Positions 23,663-36,935 are shown, numbered from the stretch's first letter. The stretch is 64,000 bases of DNA from Phaeosaccion multiseriatum (GCA_965112735.1 OZ218955.1:3782001-3846000); one strand, 5' to 3'. Notes: generated from the sequence alone by a model not told the origin. A program made the numbers and translations.

Positions 23663-26600
23663 ATGTCGTTGATGGCCACTCTGAACGTGGAGGGCCGCAG
23701 GAGCAGCAGCAGCAGAGGGGCCGGTGAAGACGCACGCCAGCCATCCGCCGGCTTTGGAGGTGTGGGAGGGAAACGCGCCTTGGAGGTGTGGCTGCACTCC
23801 TGGGCCGACCCGCTGGCCAGCCTGCAGTGCTACAGCAGCAAATGCATGCTCTTTGTGGACCTGGCCGGAGACGGAGACCACAAGCTCGTCATTGCCGACA
23901 ATAGGCATCGACTGAAGGTGGGTGGGGATGCGTGGAGAAAGGGTGCATCACATGAATTGCGAACCCACCCAGTCTTGCTCAACAACGACGTCCCTCTGCC
24001 CCTGTGTCGCTCCCCCGTGCTCTCGCAAATAATCACCCAAGGTCTACAAGGGGACGTATGTGTTTGCCGACATTAAACTGCTGGGCATGCCCGTCGGCTT
24101 GGCCTCCTTCTACTCCTCCTCCTCATCGAGTGGTGGTGGCGAGCTGCGCACCCCATCAATCGCCGTTGCTTCCGGCCCACACGTGTACATCTTGCGCAAC
24201 CTCAAGCCGTATTTCAAGTATTCCGTGCCGCCCGTGCCGGCAGACCCGCAGGAAGTCGAGGTGCGGCAGCCTGCGACCACAACCACAACCACCCTCCCGC
24301 TCGCTCTTGTTGTATGCCTTGGCAACTACTGTACTCCGCGTTTTCCATCGTGTGTGCCCCATCCCATTCATACACCCCCGCACCGGTCCCAGATGCTGCG
24401 AATGCTATCCTCCCCACGCGCCTCTTATTGTACCTCATCCCTCCCTGGCCGTCCACTGCCATCCCCCCTTCCCCCACCCGTATGCCTCTAACCCCCCGAC
24501 CTCATCAGATCTGGAGGAACCTGGGCGCCTCCGAGGTGGACGTGTCCGAGGCGGTGGATGCTCTGAGCAGGGCCCGCAGAGAAGGCGTTCGGCTCACCAC
24601 ACGCAGCATAGAGCTCCTGAGCCTCACAGATGAGCAGCAGCAGGCAGACTTCGCTCGGAGATTCGACGGTGCCAAGCTCCAGCAGCAGACGGTGAGTAAG
24701 GCCGTGTGCGGACGTGATGGGGTGATGGTGAGGGAGTGAGGGAGTGAGAGTGTGAGACGGGCTGCCTTTCTCGCATGACTCTCTATCTGTGCCTCTGCCT
24801 TTGGTCTCTGTCTTCGCCGCTGCCTCTTTCTCTTCTTCTCTCTGTAACCTCTTGTGGCCTCCATCGGTCATCGTGACTCTGTGACTGACTCACACATCCA
24901 TGTGGGGCAGGTCATCACGTGCATGGACACAATCAAGACGCGCAGTGAGGAGGAGGACAGCCCCTCCATCCTCGTGCTGGGCACGGAGGCGGGGCAGCTT
25001 CTCTTCGTCCCTCCGCCAGTCACCACCACTCAGGTCAGGCCAGGATCTGGCGACGACAGAACCAACCCATACTCAAACTCACACTGGGAAGGAAGGAAGG
25101 AAGGAAGGAGGGATGTGTGTGCTTAACACGTTTTGTCTTATATTGATTGACCCCTCCCTCAGGTGTGTGTACCGCCTGCTGCTGCTGCTGCTGCTGCTGA
25201 GGAGGAGGAGGAGGAGCTCTGCTTACACATTGCTTTTGCCACACAGTTATGCCCTCGGTTTCCCTGACCGGCACCATCCACACTCGCCCCCCTTGCTTTG
25301 CTCTGTGTTCTGGAATAGATTCTGTGCTCGGTAGACCTGCCAGGAGTGCCCGCTTTGCTCGCCCCGAGTGGGCTGTTCGACATGGACTGGAGGGTGGTGG
25401 TGGCGTGCAGGAACGGAAGGCTTTATACGGTCAAGATGGGAGACGTAAGGCAAACATTGAGGTGGAAAAGGAAGTGGGGGAGAGTAAAGGAGGAGGAGGA
25501 GGAGGTGGAGGAGGAGGAGGAGGAGGAGGAGGAGGAGGAAGAGTAGGAGTAGGAGTAGTAGTAGTAGTAGGAGGAGGAGGAGGAGTAGGAAGATAAGGAG
25601 GAGGAGGAAGAGTAGGAGTAGGAGTAGGAGTAGTAGTAGTAGTAGTAGTAGGAGGAGGAGTAGTAGGAAGATAAGGAGGAGGAGCAGCAGCAGCAGCAAC
25701 AGGAGGAGGGGGAGGAGGACTCACGCTCCCCCGCCGCCTGTCCACTGTCCTCACTCCCTGTGTGCGCTGCGTCGCTCTCCTCCGTGCATACGTGCGTGCG
25801 TGCGTGCGTCCCTCTCCCCTCTAACAACCCAGGTGCGCAACACGGCCGTGGTCACGGGGACGGTTATCGACATGGAGACGCAGCCCTGCGCTATGCTCCG
25901 TCTACAGGTTGGTGCAGCAGCTTGGGTATTCTATGGTATAGCATCTTGGGTATCAATCTCCCCTCCCTCCCTCCCTCCCTCCCTCCTCAGCGCTCAATCT
26001 TGGTGGGATCAACGGACAACAAGGTCCACTCGTACCACATCAAGGGAAAGAAGAACTTTGACATCGCCATGCCTGCCAAGGTAAGAGGACGGTCCGTGGG
26101 GGGAGGGAGGAGATGCAGATGACAATTGATGTGGTCTCTCTCTCTTGGTGGGGTCTCTCTCTCTCCCTCTCTTCCTCTCTCTCCCTCTCTTCCCCTCTCT
26201 CTCCCTCTCTTCCCTCTCTCTCTCTTCCTCTCTCTCTTTCTCTCTCTCCCTCTTTTCCTCTCTCTCCCCCTTTCTCTCTCTCCCCCTCTCTCTCTTCCTC
26301 TCTCCCTCTTTTCCTCTCTCTCCCCCTCTTTCTCTCTCTCCCTCTCTCCCCCTGTTTCTGTCTCTCTCACTCCATCCCCCCCCTGCTTCTGTCTCTTTCT
26401 GTCTCTCTCTCTCCCTCTCTCCCCCTGTTTCTGTCTCTCTCTCTCTCTCTCTCTCCCCCCTATTTTCCCAACAGATCACGACCATGGCCCCTCTGATTAC
26501 GCGGGAGAACAAGCTGCTGCTCGTGGCGCTGGGGAACGCCACAGTGAGGGTGTATAACGGGAAGCAAGTAATGTATGACATACCCGTCGCAGATCAGGTA

Positions 26601-28941
26601 GGTGGGTGCGTGCAAGCCTTCACTTCAGCTTCCAAGTGCTTTCGGTTGTGGTTGAAGCTTTGATTCACCTTCTGTTTTAACTTTAATTGTACCTTAAACT
26701 CGACTACGTCGCTCCGTCCGTATACGTGCCACTCTCTCTCTCTCTCCCCTGTGCTGCGGGTGCTGTGCTCTTCTTGTTCTACCCCCCCTACTTTGCTCTC
26801 CTAAAGTATTTCTTCTGTCCACCCTCGGTGATCCTTTGAAGTTAATAAATAAGTTCACCTCCCACCCCCATCACGCTCTGCACTTCCCCTCCCCTCCCCT
26901 CCCCTCCCCTCCCCTCCCCTCCCCTCCCCTCTCCATACACACACGCACACACACACACACACATACACAACGTAAGGTGGTGAGTATGCGTTTCGGAAAC
27001 TTCGCTCGAGAGGAGCACAGCCTGGTGCTGGTGACGAAGAGCGGCGGTTTGGTCGTCAAAGCCCTCAATCGAAGAGCCTCTCTCGAGGCCAACAGTGCCG
27101 AGCCGGGACCGCCGCCGGAACAGGTAGGTGTGCGTGTGTGCGTTTGTGGCGGTAGGAGTGTATCTTTCTTACGGTTGAGAGGGGGATGGCAGTGGATGGA
27201 TGGGTGGGGGGGAGTGGGCGTTATGTGGGGAGGGAGAGGAGAGGGAGAGGAGAGAAGTGAGAAAGGTTTCAGTGTTGCCAATTGCCGTAACACCAACTGC
27301 TCCACCTCCACCACACCACTCCCCCACCACCACGCGTAGGATATCCCCCTCAGCGTACCTCGCAAGACCAAGTTGTACGTAGAGACCACCCAGCGCGAAG
27401 TGGCGCACTCTCTGGAGATGCATCGACTGTTCCAGAGGGACTTGTGTAAGCTTCGCCTCAGCACAGCGGAGGCCTACGTCAAGCTCATCACAGCCGGGGC
27501 CATGGGGGCCGCCACACACAATCCTTCCAGTAAGTCACAGAGAGTGAGTGAGTGAGGGAGGGAGGGAGGGAGGGAGTGAGTGGGTGTGTGAGTGAGTGAG
27601 TCACTAAGTTTGTGAGTCTTGTGAGTTAGGCACCCACACACGCGCCCACGATCCGCCTACCCACCGGGCCTGGCCTCTGCTCACAAGGGACCTCCTTCTG
27701 AAAGTCCAACGGCGCTCCCTCCCCTCTCAACTGAAACTCAAAACTGTCCTCCCTCCCTCCCTCCCTCCCTCCCTCCCTCCCTCCTCAGGCGGCGCCCCTG
27801 CCAGCATCCGTCTGCATGCCGAGTGTCACGGATTGGGGCCTAACTTTAGGATCCTGCTGAAGGTCCAGAACGCGGGCCCCCGTACCCTGTCCAACTTGCC
27901 CATTGCCCTCCTCTTCAAGCCCGAGCTGTACAGCGCCCCCTGCGCACAGGTGCGTAGCATGATGGTAACCTGTTGGTCCTTCATATCATGTTTAGTATTC
28001 CTGTTGGTGGCGACGTTGGCACGCAGACACAGGCAGCACAGGCAGGCCCTGTTTCTCGAGTCGATCGATATTCGATCGATCGATTCAGCTCGTTTCTATG
28101 TAACTGCTCTGGCTCACGCGCTACTGAGTCGATGCACCCAGTGCCCCCTCCCCTCTGTGACACACCTGCTCACGCCCACACCCCCTTTCGCCCCCCTTGA
28201 CCTTGTCACCATGTGCCCCTCCCTCCCTTGCTGACCCATACTCCTCTGCTTCCCCTTCCCCAGTTGGTGGTGCCTACGCTTCTCCCCGGCCTCCTCAACA
28301 AGCTGGAGGTGGACATTACGAGCGTGGAGGAGACCGGCGCCGCCGGTAGAGTGCAGGTAACAACATACACATGCATACATACATGCATGCATGCATCATG
28401 CACAGTTGCAGCGTCCTCTCTCCGTCAACTGACCTTCACCCATCACCATGACGAGATCATATGTTGATATCGATGCAATATCGACCATACAAGATCAGCA
28501 TCACGAGATCAGATGTCGATATCGACGGATGCGTTGCGATTCTTCCTTCCTTCCATCCTTCCTTCCTTCCTTCCTTCCTTCCTTCCTTCCTTCCTTCCTT
28601 CCTTCCTTCCTTCCTTCCCTCCCTCCCTCCCTCCCTCCTTCCCTCCCTCCCTCCCTCCCTCCCTCCCTCCCTCCTTCCTCCTTCACCGGAAGGAAGGAGA
28701 TGTACTGCTCCTCTCTGCTGCTCTCCCCTGGCCTGCCTCTCACCGCTCCTGTGCTTACTCGCCCCCCCCTGCTCTCTCTCGGCTTGTCTGTCTTTGGCTT
28801 CACCTTCCACCTTCCACCTCCCCTCTCCCTACCCTCCTCTCCCCTCCCAAGGTTGTGGTGCTGAATCCCGACACGAGCAGCGCCGTTCCGCTCGTGTCTG
28901 CGACTGTGAGCATGCCACCCAGCGAGCTCCGAGAGGAGTGA
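23663..28941 (+). CDS. BBS1: Bardet-Biedl syndrome 1 protein (BBSome subunit), 13 exons
   Basis: DLAGDGDHKLVIAD, AVASGPHVYILRNLKPYFKY, TVITCMDTIK, LVLGTE, MRFGNFAREEHSLVLVT, PRKTKLYVETTQRE, MHRLFQRDLCKLRL, GLGPNF. Twelve GT-AG introns join in frame. Confidence 0.93.
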
Positions 28942-30220
28942 GGGGAGGGCGGGCGTCAGTATGAGTTTCAGCTCTTCGCTCTGTTTGATGGGGCACCCAG
29001 TCAGTGAGCAGATGGCAGACACACACGCAGGCCGAAAGGATGTGACTCCTTGCCCGCCAGGTAGATCAAATGGGATCAAAGTACATACTCAAACGGGCAC
29101 GGATAGGCAAACGGGACAGGAAGCGGGTGCTCTCGGCAAGGTGCTGACTCTGACGAAGCGGAGTCCTCCGCAGCTGCGCTTCTGGGCGAGAGAGAGAGAG
29201 AGAGTATAGCAGAGGAGTACGGGCAGAGTAAAGCAGAGGCAGCACGTCAGACTAGAGGAATATGGGAGAAGTATCAGCAGAGGTATAGCAGAGCAGAGCA
29301 GAGGAGAGGAAGACGCTGCCCGTCCCCCCGTCCTCCCGCTGGCAGGGGGCTCGGAAAACTGCATCACCTCACCCCACCCCAGCCCAGCCCATCCTTCGCA
29401 AAGAGCAAAATAATATATATCATTTTTTTTTTAATAATTATATCGTAACTATTTACGTAATCGTACCAACCTCCTCCTCCCCCGCATCATCACTGCACGC
29501 AACGTATCATGACTGCAGCTCTGCGGAGTGTGCGCAACGCTATTCTTGCAGCAAGTCATCAAAGTCGTGCTCCCGATCCCAGCCTTGCCTTGCCGCACCA
29601 CCGCACTTTGATCTCCTCCCTCCCTCCCCTCCCTCGCCCGCCTGCGCCTCTACATTCTCTTTCTCCTCTCATAGTCAAACTTTGACTGTACAGTCAGTCT
29701 ACAGTCAAAAACCATAGTCGGTCTACAGTCAGTCTACAGTCAGTCTATTCATCAGTCTACAGTCAGTCTACGGTCTACCCATACCTGCCACAGGAGCAGC
29801 GCAGAGCACAGCAGAGAACAGTCCCATTACCAGCGGGCAGGACGCTTACGTAAGAAAACACGCGGATCTCCTGTCTCCACTCATCACTCCACCTGTACTG
29901 TACAGCCCAGCTAGACGAAGCTTCATCTTCAAGGGGTAGGGTTGGTTTTGTCACGCTTCCTACTTACAAAAAAAAACACCCTTCGCCTCAGCAGCACACG
30001 CACCCACGTACACAAGCCGGTATGCACACACACACATATATATAAAAACAAATATATATAATATATATAATCTTTTATGTAATAAATACAGTTATATACA
30101 ATACAATTAAACCTGTCCGCTACAAAACATCTACACCGCACCACGCCAAGCAAGTCCACCGAGCAGAACACTGATGAACCTCTCCTTTTTTTATTGGTTC
30201 GTTGCGTCTGTCCAACGCCG

Positions 30221-30907
30221 TCAGTGGCAATGATCGTCGGCCTCAAGCGGCACGGCGCCCCTCACCCCCCACACCACATCCCCCGCCGCGTAGCCCAACA
30301 CGAGGGCGAGAAAGAGGCCGCTGTTGTACGTCATTGCCACGAGCATGAGCAACAGACCGCACGCGTAAGAAGATGCGCTGAACGCGAAGCACGCCAGCCT
30401 CATCCGATTCAGACTACTACTACTGCTGCTGCTGCTGCCCGAGCCACCACTGGCACTGCCCTCGCCACCACCCATAATCCCCTCTCCTCTCTCCGCTGCG
30501 AACGTCCCGCCTCCTCCTCCCCCACCCGCCCCTGAGGACTCGAGTAGATTCGAGCTGAGCGAATCGTCCGTCAACGCCGGAGAAGCCTCTCGCTTCCTCC
30601 TCGCATTTTGTGACCGAGGGGACTTGGAAGGCGATAAAGCGGTGGTCGCGGTCGTCGCCCCCGAGCCGTCCATCATCATCGACGAGCGCGACAGGTGCGC
30701 TGCCTTGGCCATTCGAAACATGGCCTCTCGGTGGCCGTGCTTGAGCCTGTGGTAGGCGAAGGATGCCAGGACAACGACCACAAGGCTGATGAAGTACCCC
30801 ACACGCGTGCTGACGCTCCAAAAGTCCCAAAGAATGGTGACCTCATAGTCCCAGAGCGAGGAGAAGGTCATAGTCATGGACATTTTCATGTCCCCCATGT
30901 CCTCCAT
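30221..30907 (-). CDS. Ctr/SLC31 copper transporter, intronless CDS
   Basis: Met-rich N-terminus MEDMGDMKMSMTMTF, TM2 MLVAM (MxxxM) followed by TYN, TM3 GYAAG, C-terminal HCH. Confidence 0.93.
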   Translation of the reverse strand: MEDMGDMKMSMTMTFSSLWDYEVTILWDFWSVSTRVGYFISLVVVVLASFAYHRLKHGHREAMFRMAKAAHLSRSSMMMDGSGATTATTALSPSKSPRSQNARRKREASPALTDDSLSSNLLESSGAGGGGGGGTFAAERGEGIMGGGEGSASGGSGSSSSSSSSLNRMRLACFAFSASSYACGLLLMLVAMTYNSGLFLALVLGYAAGDVVWGVRGAVPLEADDHCH

Positions 30908-31668
30908 CTCCCACCCTGCGCTGCAGAAACAAGGCCTAGTTGGGGGGGGGAGGGATAGAGCAGTGACCACAAGCCGGGGGGGCTTAAAACGGCGACACGC
31001 TCTCTCTCTCTGGCCCGTGCCTGGACAGGTGCACCGGTACGCCAAATGTCTTTGGAGGAACACCTTACGTAACGACATTTTCCCCGATCCACCCGTGAAG
31101 TGCCATCTTTTCTTTTTCATTCAAACTCAAACACTCAAAAACCGGCGTCTCTCCGGCCCATATACAAGATACATTTACTCGACGCTGCTCGCACCAGGTA
31201 AGCTTGCAAGGGCGTCGGTGCTTGCCTCTGTACTCTTGGAGTCCGCGTGGGTCTTGAAGGAGGGACTCGGGGTAGAAAGGGCGCGAGAGCTGGCAACGCT
31301 CATTCTCTACACATATGTGGTCAAACATGAGAGAGGTAGCAAGCAAACACAGAGACTACACCAATACGCTCTGCGCGGGGAGTGAAAGAACCGGGGTCCT
31401 TATAGCTCGGAGTGATGAGACTCTTGCCGAGAGAGCTTCTCAGGGGGGCGTTTGGTGAGAGGGAGGGGTAGGCGAATATCGCCAAACGGCCACTTAACTT
31501 CCAACCGTGCCAAAGGGATGATGGGGACTGCCTTCGGCAGCATCCTTGCCCTTCCTCCCGTGCTTGATACTCAAGGCCCCCGCTCTCTCCGTCCCACTCT
31601 TGCGGTTCTTGCAGAATGGGAGTTTGAAATATTTCTGGGAGGAAGGCTCAGGCCACTCTGCACAGAAG

Positions 31669-32045
31669 ATGCAGCGTGAGCCACACGAGCAGCTCACGCA
31701 GCTCGCCGGCCAGGCGCAAGAAGAGTTGGACGAGCAGCAGGTAACTGGTCTCGCTGATGGCGCTGCTGCACACGTCCTACTTCAGACGGACGAATCTCCC
31801 GGCTCCCCACCTCTTGCCTTCCACCACCATCCCGCCGTGCCCCCGACCACCGCCTTGGGCGGCAGTGCCCTCTGCACTACGCGTGTGTCCTCGTCCCTTG
31901 TGCTTGTGCTCCCCGAGCGTTCTAGTGCGTGGCCCGCGTTCCCCCCTCCCCCCCCCCACTTCACTCTCTCCCCCAACTGACCCGCTTCCGTCTCCCTCCC
32001 CACCACTCTGATCCTCCCATCGTTCATCCCACCCTTGACTTCAAA

Positions 32046-32081
<36 letters not shown>

Positions 32082-35000
32082 CCCAGGATTCGGCCTCGAT
32101 GCCCTGCTAGGCGCAGCAGGGAACGCGAACGAGGGCATGATGACACCAGGAGGGGGAGGGCGGCAGCAGCAGCTCGCCCAAACCCCAAGGGCCCAACAGC
32201 AGCAGTTGGCGACACAACAGCAACAGTTGTCGATGCAATACCAGCACCAGGTATTGCCAGGTACCCCGCAAACGCCCGTCTCGCCCTCCCCTGCTCTGAT
32301 TCTGCTGCAGCTGCGCGAGGAGTACGGCGACGGTGGCCACGGTGGTTCTGAGCAACACCGCCACCAACACCTCACAGGAGAGGGAGGCGGTGGGAGTGTG
32401 GGGCAGTATCAACACCAGGGCCTACCGGGCCTTCCCACCGCTGGTCGTCATGCTGCTGGACCCGTCCGCTCCGGGACCTTCCCCGGTGGGGCTGGAGGCG
32501 GAGGAGGGCTGCCCGCCTTGGAGCGACGCCTCAGTGGCTACGGCAGGGCAGGAGCACCAATGGGAGTGGGAATAGGAATGGGTATGGGTATCGGCATGGG
32601 CATGGGCATGGGCATACCCTCCAATATGTCCGGCATGTCCAATGGGCCGGGCGGTGGGGGCTATCCGGCGGCGGCGGCGGCGTTTCAGGATATTGCCGCT
32701 GAGCAGTCCGGCAGACGTGGGATGGGGGGAGGCATGCCCACCCGGGGAGAAGGAGGAGGCGGAGGAGGAGGAGGAGGAGGAGGAGGAGGAGGAGGAGGAT
32801 CTGCTCCCAAGGTAAGCGCTCTGTGCGGGGATCTTCGAGCTCGAGTGAACGAGGCCTCTGACACCCCGCCCCCCCCTCTCTCTCTCCTTGACGCACCCTC
32901 CTACCCACCTTCCGTTTCCTTTCCTTACACCCTCCCACCCGCACTGGTGTGCGATGTGGATCTGCAGAAGCGGAGCCGAAACTCCGGTAAGGCGAGGGGG
33001 ACCAAGGGCAGCACGGCCAGCAGCAGCAGCGGCACCAGCAGCAGCAGCGGCACCAGCAGTAGCGCCGGAGGAGAGGGCTGCAACTGTAAGAAGAGCCGCT
33101 GCCTGAAGCTGTATTGTCAGTGCTTCGCTGCTCAAGCTCTGTGCACCGCTCGCTGCCACTGCACGGACTGCTACAACCAGGTTAGTCACTGGTTAGTCAT
33201 TCACTCATCCACTCACTCTCTCACTCACTCACTCTCTCACTCACTCACTCACTCCTTCCCGCCCTCCCTCACACTCACTCACTCACTCACTCACTCACTC
33301 ACTCACTCACTCACTCATTCTCTCACTCATTCCCTCCCTCCCTCCCTCCCTCCCTCCCTCCCACCCTCCCTCCCTCCCTCCCTCCCTCCCTCCCTCCCTC
33401 CCTCACCCCTCCCTCGCACCCTCACTGACTCACGACCCTGGCCAATCAGGAGGCGTGTGCCCACGAGCGAGTGGTGGCGGTTCGCCTCATTATTGAGAGA
33501 AACCCCAACGCCTTCGAGGACAAGTTCAAGAAGACAGAGGTCAGTATGTCAGTCACTGAAGAGTGTTGGGTCAGAGCTCAGTAAGCCATTGAATCAATGA
33601 CTTACTGCCAGTACATGTAATGGAAAAGCAAGGTGCTCCCGGCACGCACGCACGCACGTACGCAGGCATGCGTCCATCGGTGTTGTGTCCTCCCCAACCA
33701 TCTTCCGAAACCCCTAACACCCAAACCTCTTACTTTGTGACGGCAGCAATCCTCCAATGGAGGCTCAGGAGGGTCGGGCAAGATTGTCCACAAGATCGGG
33801 TGCAAGTGCCGAAAGAGCGAGTGCCTCAAGAAGTACTGCGAGTGCTTCAACCAGGTTAGTGGTTAGTGAGTGTAGTGTACTACAGTCGTCAGTGGTTAGT
33901 GAGTGTAGGCCAGTGAGTGAGTGTTGGTACAACCAGGTTAGTGGTTAGTGAGTGGAGGGCAGTGAGTGAGTGTTGGTACCGTAAGTCACTGAAAAAATGA
34001 CCCACGGATTGACTTAATTATGTAAGTGGTAGGCAGTCACGGCACTTAACACTGACTTATCCCCGCCAACACTGCTTGACTAACGCACCTACTTCCTGCA
34101 CGGGCTGCCACCCCCTGCCACCACCTGCTGCCACCTGCTATACCCCCTGCCACCACCTGCTATACCCCCTGCCACCACCTGCTACCCCCAGGGCGTCAAG
34201 TGCGGGGAGCGCTGCAACTGCGTTGGTTGCAAGAACGGGGGCTTGGATCGGACGGACCGCTCCTCAGGGGCCGGAGCAGCGGCACGGGCAGGCGAGAGCA
34301 CAGCTTTGGCCAGGAGCAGCAGCACGAGTAGCAGCCTCGTCGGCAGGGACATGGTTGCGAAGACGAGTCTCTCTGCACGCAGCGCTTCCCTGCCTATGGC
34401 TTCTGGTCACGGAGGGGGAGGAGGAGGAGGAGGAGGAGGGCCAGGGGGGCAGCAGCAGCAGGGGGGAGTGGGCATGGCTATGGGTATGGGTATGGGTGCA
34501 ATGGGTACGATCGGCATGGGGGGTATGATGGGGGGGAGCATGAGTGTAGGCCTGGGAGGTATGATGGCACGGGGGGGCACAGGACCGGGAGGGAGCCACG
34601 GTCAGGGTCAGGGTCAGGGTCAGGGTCAGCAGGATCAGGGCGGCAGAGGGCGACTTTATTCGGCATTGGTACCGTCAACGATGATGACCCAAGTAGGACA
34701 GGGAGGAGGAGGAGGAGGAGGGGGGGCCGAGAGCGGCGAAGAAGGGGGGGGCAAGGACAGCAGGGACGAGGACGGGGAGGCGGGCAGGGGTGGGCCCAGG
34801 AGCAAGCGGCAGCGCACGAGGAGCACCAGCGGAGGGGCTAGTGCGAGTGCCAGTTTAAGTGCCAGTGGGGAAGGGGCAGGAGGAGGGGGAGGGGGAGGAG
34901 GAGGAGGGGGAGGAGGAGGAGGAGGAGGGGGAGGAGGAGGAGGAGGAGGAGCGGGGGCAGAGGCGCCGGCCAAGAGCGGAGGGGGGAAGGACTCCGCCGT

Positions 35001-35690
35001 CATCGAGGCTGCGGACTCGCTGGTGAGAAAGAGGTGTCAGGACAAGAACAGCTGTGCTGAGCAAAGGTTGGAGGGGCGGGATGAAAAGGGGAGAGACGAG
35101 AGATAACTTGCCTCGCTGGATTCCACCCACAGCTGTTGGTGGTACGCTGAAGCTGCGCCCTCCCAGGGCCCAGACTCAAGCGATATCAATCGGAGCCGAC
35201 ACCGACGATCTGTCAGTCTGCCCTTCTTCCCTGTTGCTGTCCTCACTCATTGACGCCCGCCCTCCCACCCTCCCGTCATCGTCACCCCTCTCGCTTTTGC
35301 TGACTTACTTGGCCAAAGGCGTGGCTCAAGCAGTCGTCGTCAACCGATAATTCCCGCGCGGGGACGCCCACGCCTCCACCTGCGGAAGCAGCAGCAGTAA
35401 CAGGACCAGCAGTTGGTGATACAACAGCAGCAGGAGCAGCACCAGCGGGAACAGCAGGAGGGGGAGGAGGAGGAGGAGGAGGGGGAGGAGGAGGAGGAGG
35501 AGGAGGAGGAGGGGGAGGAGAAGAAGATGGAGGAGGGCCAGGTCCCGCGGGAGGAGGGGGGCCGAGTGAACCCTTGGAGGCGCGAGGTCGCAACATGTCC
35601 ACCCCGATGCAAGCAGCGGCATATGGGCAGCAATATCAGCAGCAGCTGGAGCAGTCGCTATACCGGCACCAGCAGCAGGAGCAGTACAAG

Positions 35691-35726
<36 letters not shown>

Positions 35727-36935
35727 GCGCAGCCGCAACAACAGCTCTATCCGGGACTGTACCACCAACAGCAGCACCTCCAACAGCAGGACGAAAACCT
35801 GTTCCACGTGCAGGAGCAGCAGCAGCAGCCGCAGCACCGCGAGCAGTTGGCTGTACAGCTGCGGCAACAGGAGCAGGACGGGTCGTCGTCAACGTGGATG
35901 GGCTCTCCTTGGCAGTCCTCCACGCCTTCCTTGCAGCTTCCGCAGCAGCAAAACCACCACCACCACCAGCAGCAGGAGCAGCAGGAGCATTTGGTGAAGC
36001 AGTTGGTTCTACAGCAAGGGTTCGGTGGGCCAGTTGGTGATCCAGCGGCGCCGTCAGAGGGCCTCTCGATGGCTTTCGAGCAGGAGGCCTCCGCGCTCTC
36101 TCCAGCCACATCTACCGCAGCGACCATCTCGCCTTCCTCCACCTCCTCCCCCCGGGGGGGCTTCGGACCGAAGCAGGTGGTAGTACAGCCGTCATCGGTG
36201 CTTTATAGCACTCAGGCGCTGCTGCAGGTTGGGAGCGGAGACTTCGGCGGAGACACTCAGCACCAGCAGCCGCCGCAGCAGCAGCAGGGACAGGAGCAGG
36301 AGCAGGAGTATGAGCAGGAGCAGGAGCAGCAGTTGGTGGTACAGCAGGGCAGGTTTGATGAGAACGGCCTGGACCACGCTGTGGAGGAGATGACAGTAGA
36401 TGTCGACGTGGGCTCCTCCTCTGCCAATGTGGACGTTCTCGCCCTCTCCGTCACACCTCCATCTGCGGCTTGGCCCAAGCGACCCCCCCCTCAATCAGAG
36501 TCAGGGCCAGGGTCAGGGTCAGGGTCAGGGTCAGGGACATGGTCAGGGTCAGGGTCAGGGTCAGGGTCAGAGTCAGAGTCACGCAGAGGGGTGTCTTTTG
36601 ATCGAGTCTCTGCCGACTGGGCCGCCTCTGGTGATGCTTCTGCCGCTGCGTCCGCCCCCTCGACCGCATTGCCTGCTGCCATGAACGTCGACGCTCCTCC
36701 GCGGCAGGTCAGCGAAGAGGAAGAGGGCGGTGGTCAAACAGGCGCGTCCGCGGCCGCCTTGCCGGGGGCAGCAGTTCGTGATACAACAGCAGCAGCCGCA
36801 GAAGCAGCAGTAGCAGTTGATGATACAGAAGCTCCCGCTCCTTCCTCTCCACCGACCGTGCGCGAGGACAGTCGGAAGAGGAGCAGTCCACTGCAAGAGG
36901 GCCGCGCTTTGCAGCTTGCGGCCATCCGAGCCTGA
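31669..36935 (+). CDS. Tesmin/TSO1/LIN54-like CXC-domain protein with long Q/G-rich regions; ~7 exons
   Basis: [17 protein letters not shown]...CHCTDCYN, linker [12 protein letters not shown], second domain [20 protein letters not shown]...[12 protein letters not shown]. Confidence 0.92.

Noticed and set aside
30908-31120. N-terminal extension of Ctr from ORF start 31120
   Set aside because: The Met-rich MEDMGDM start at 30907 fits Ctr architecture; the upstream part looks like UTR/intron.
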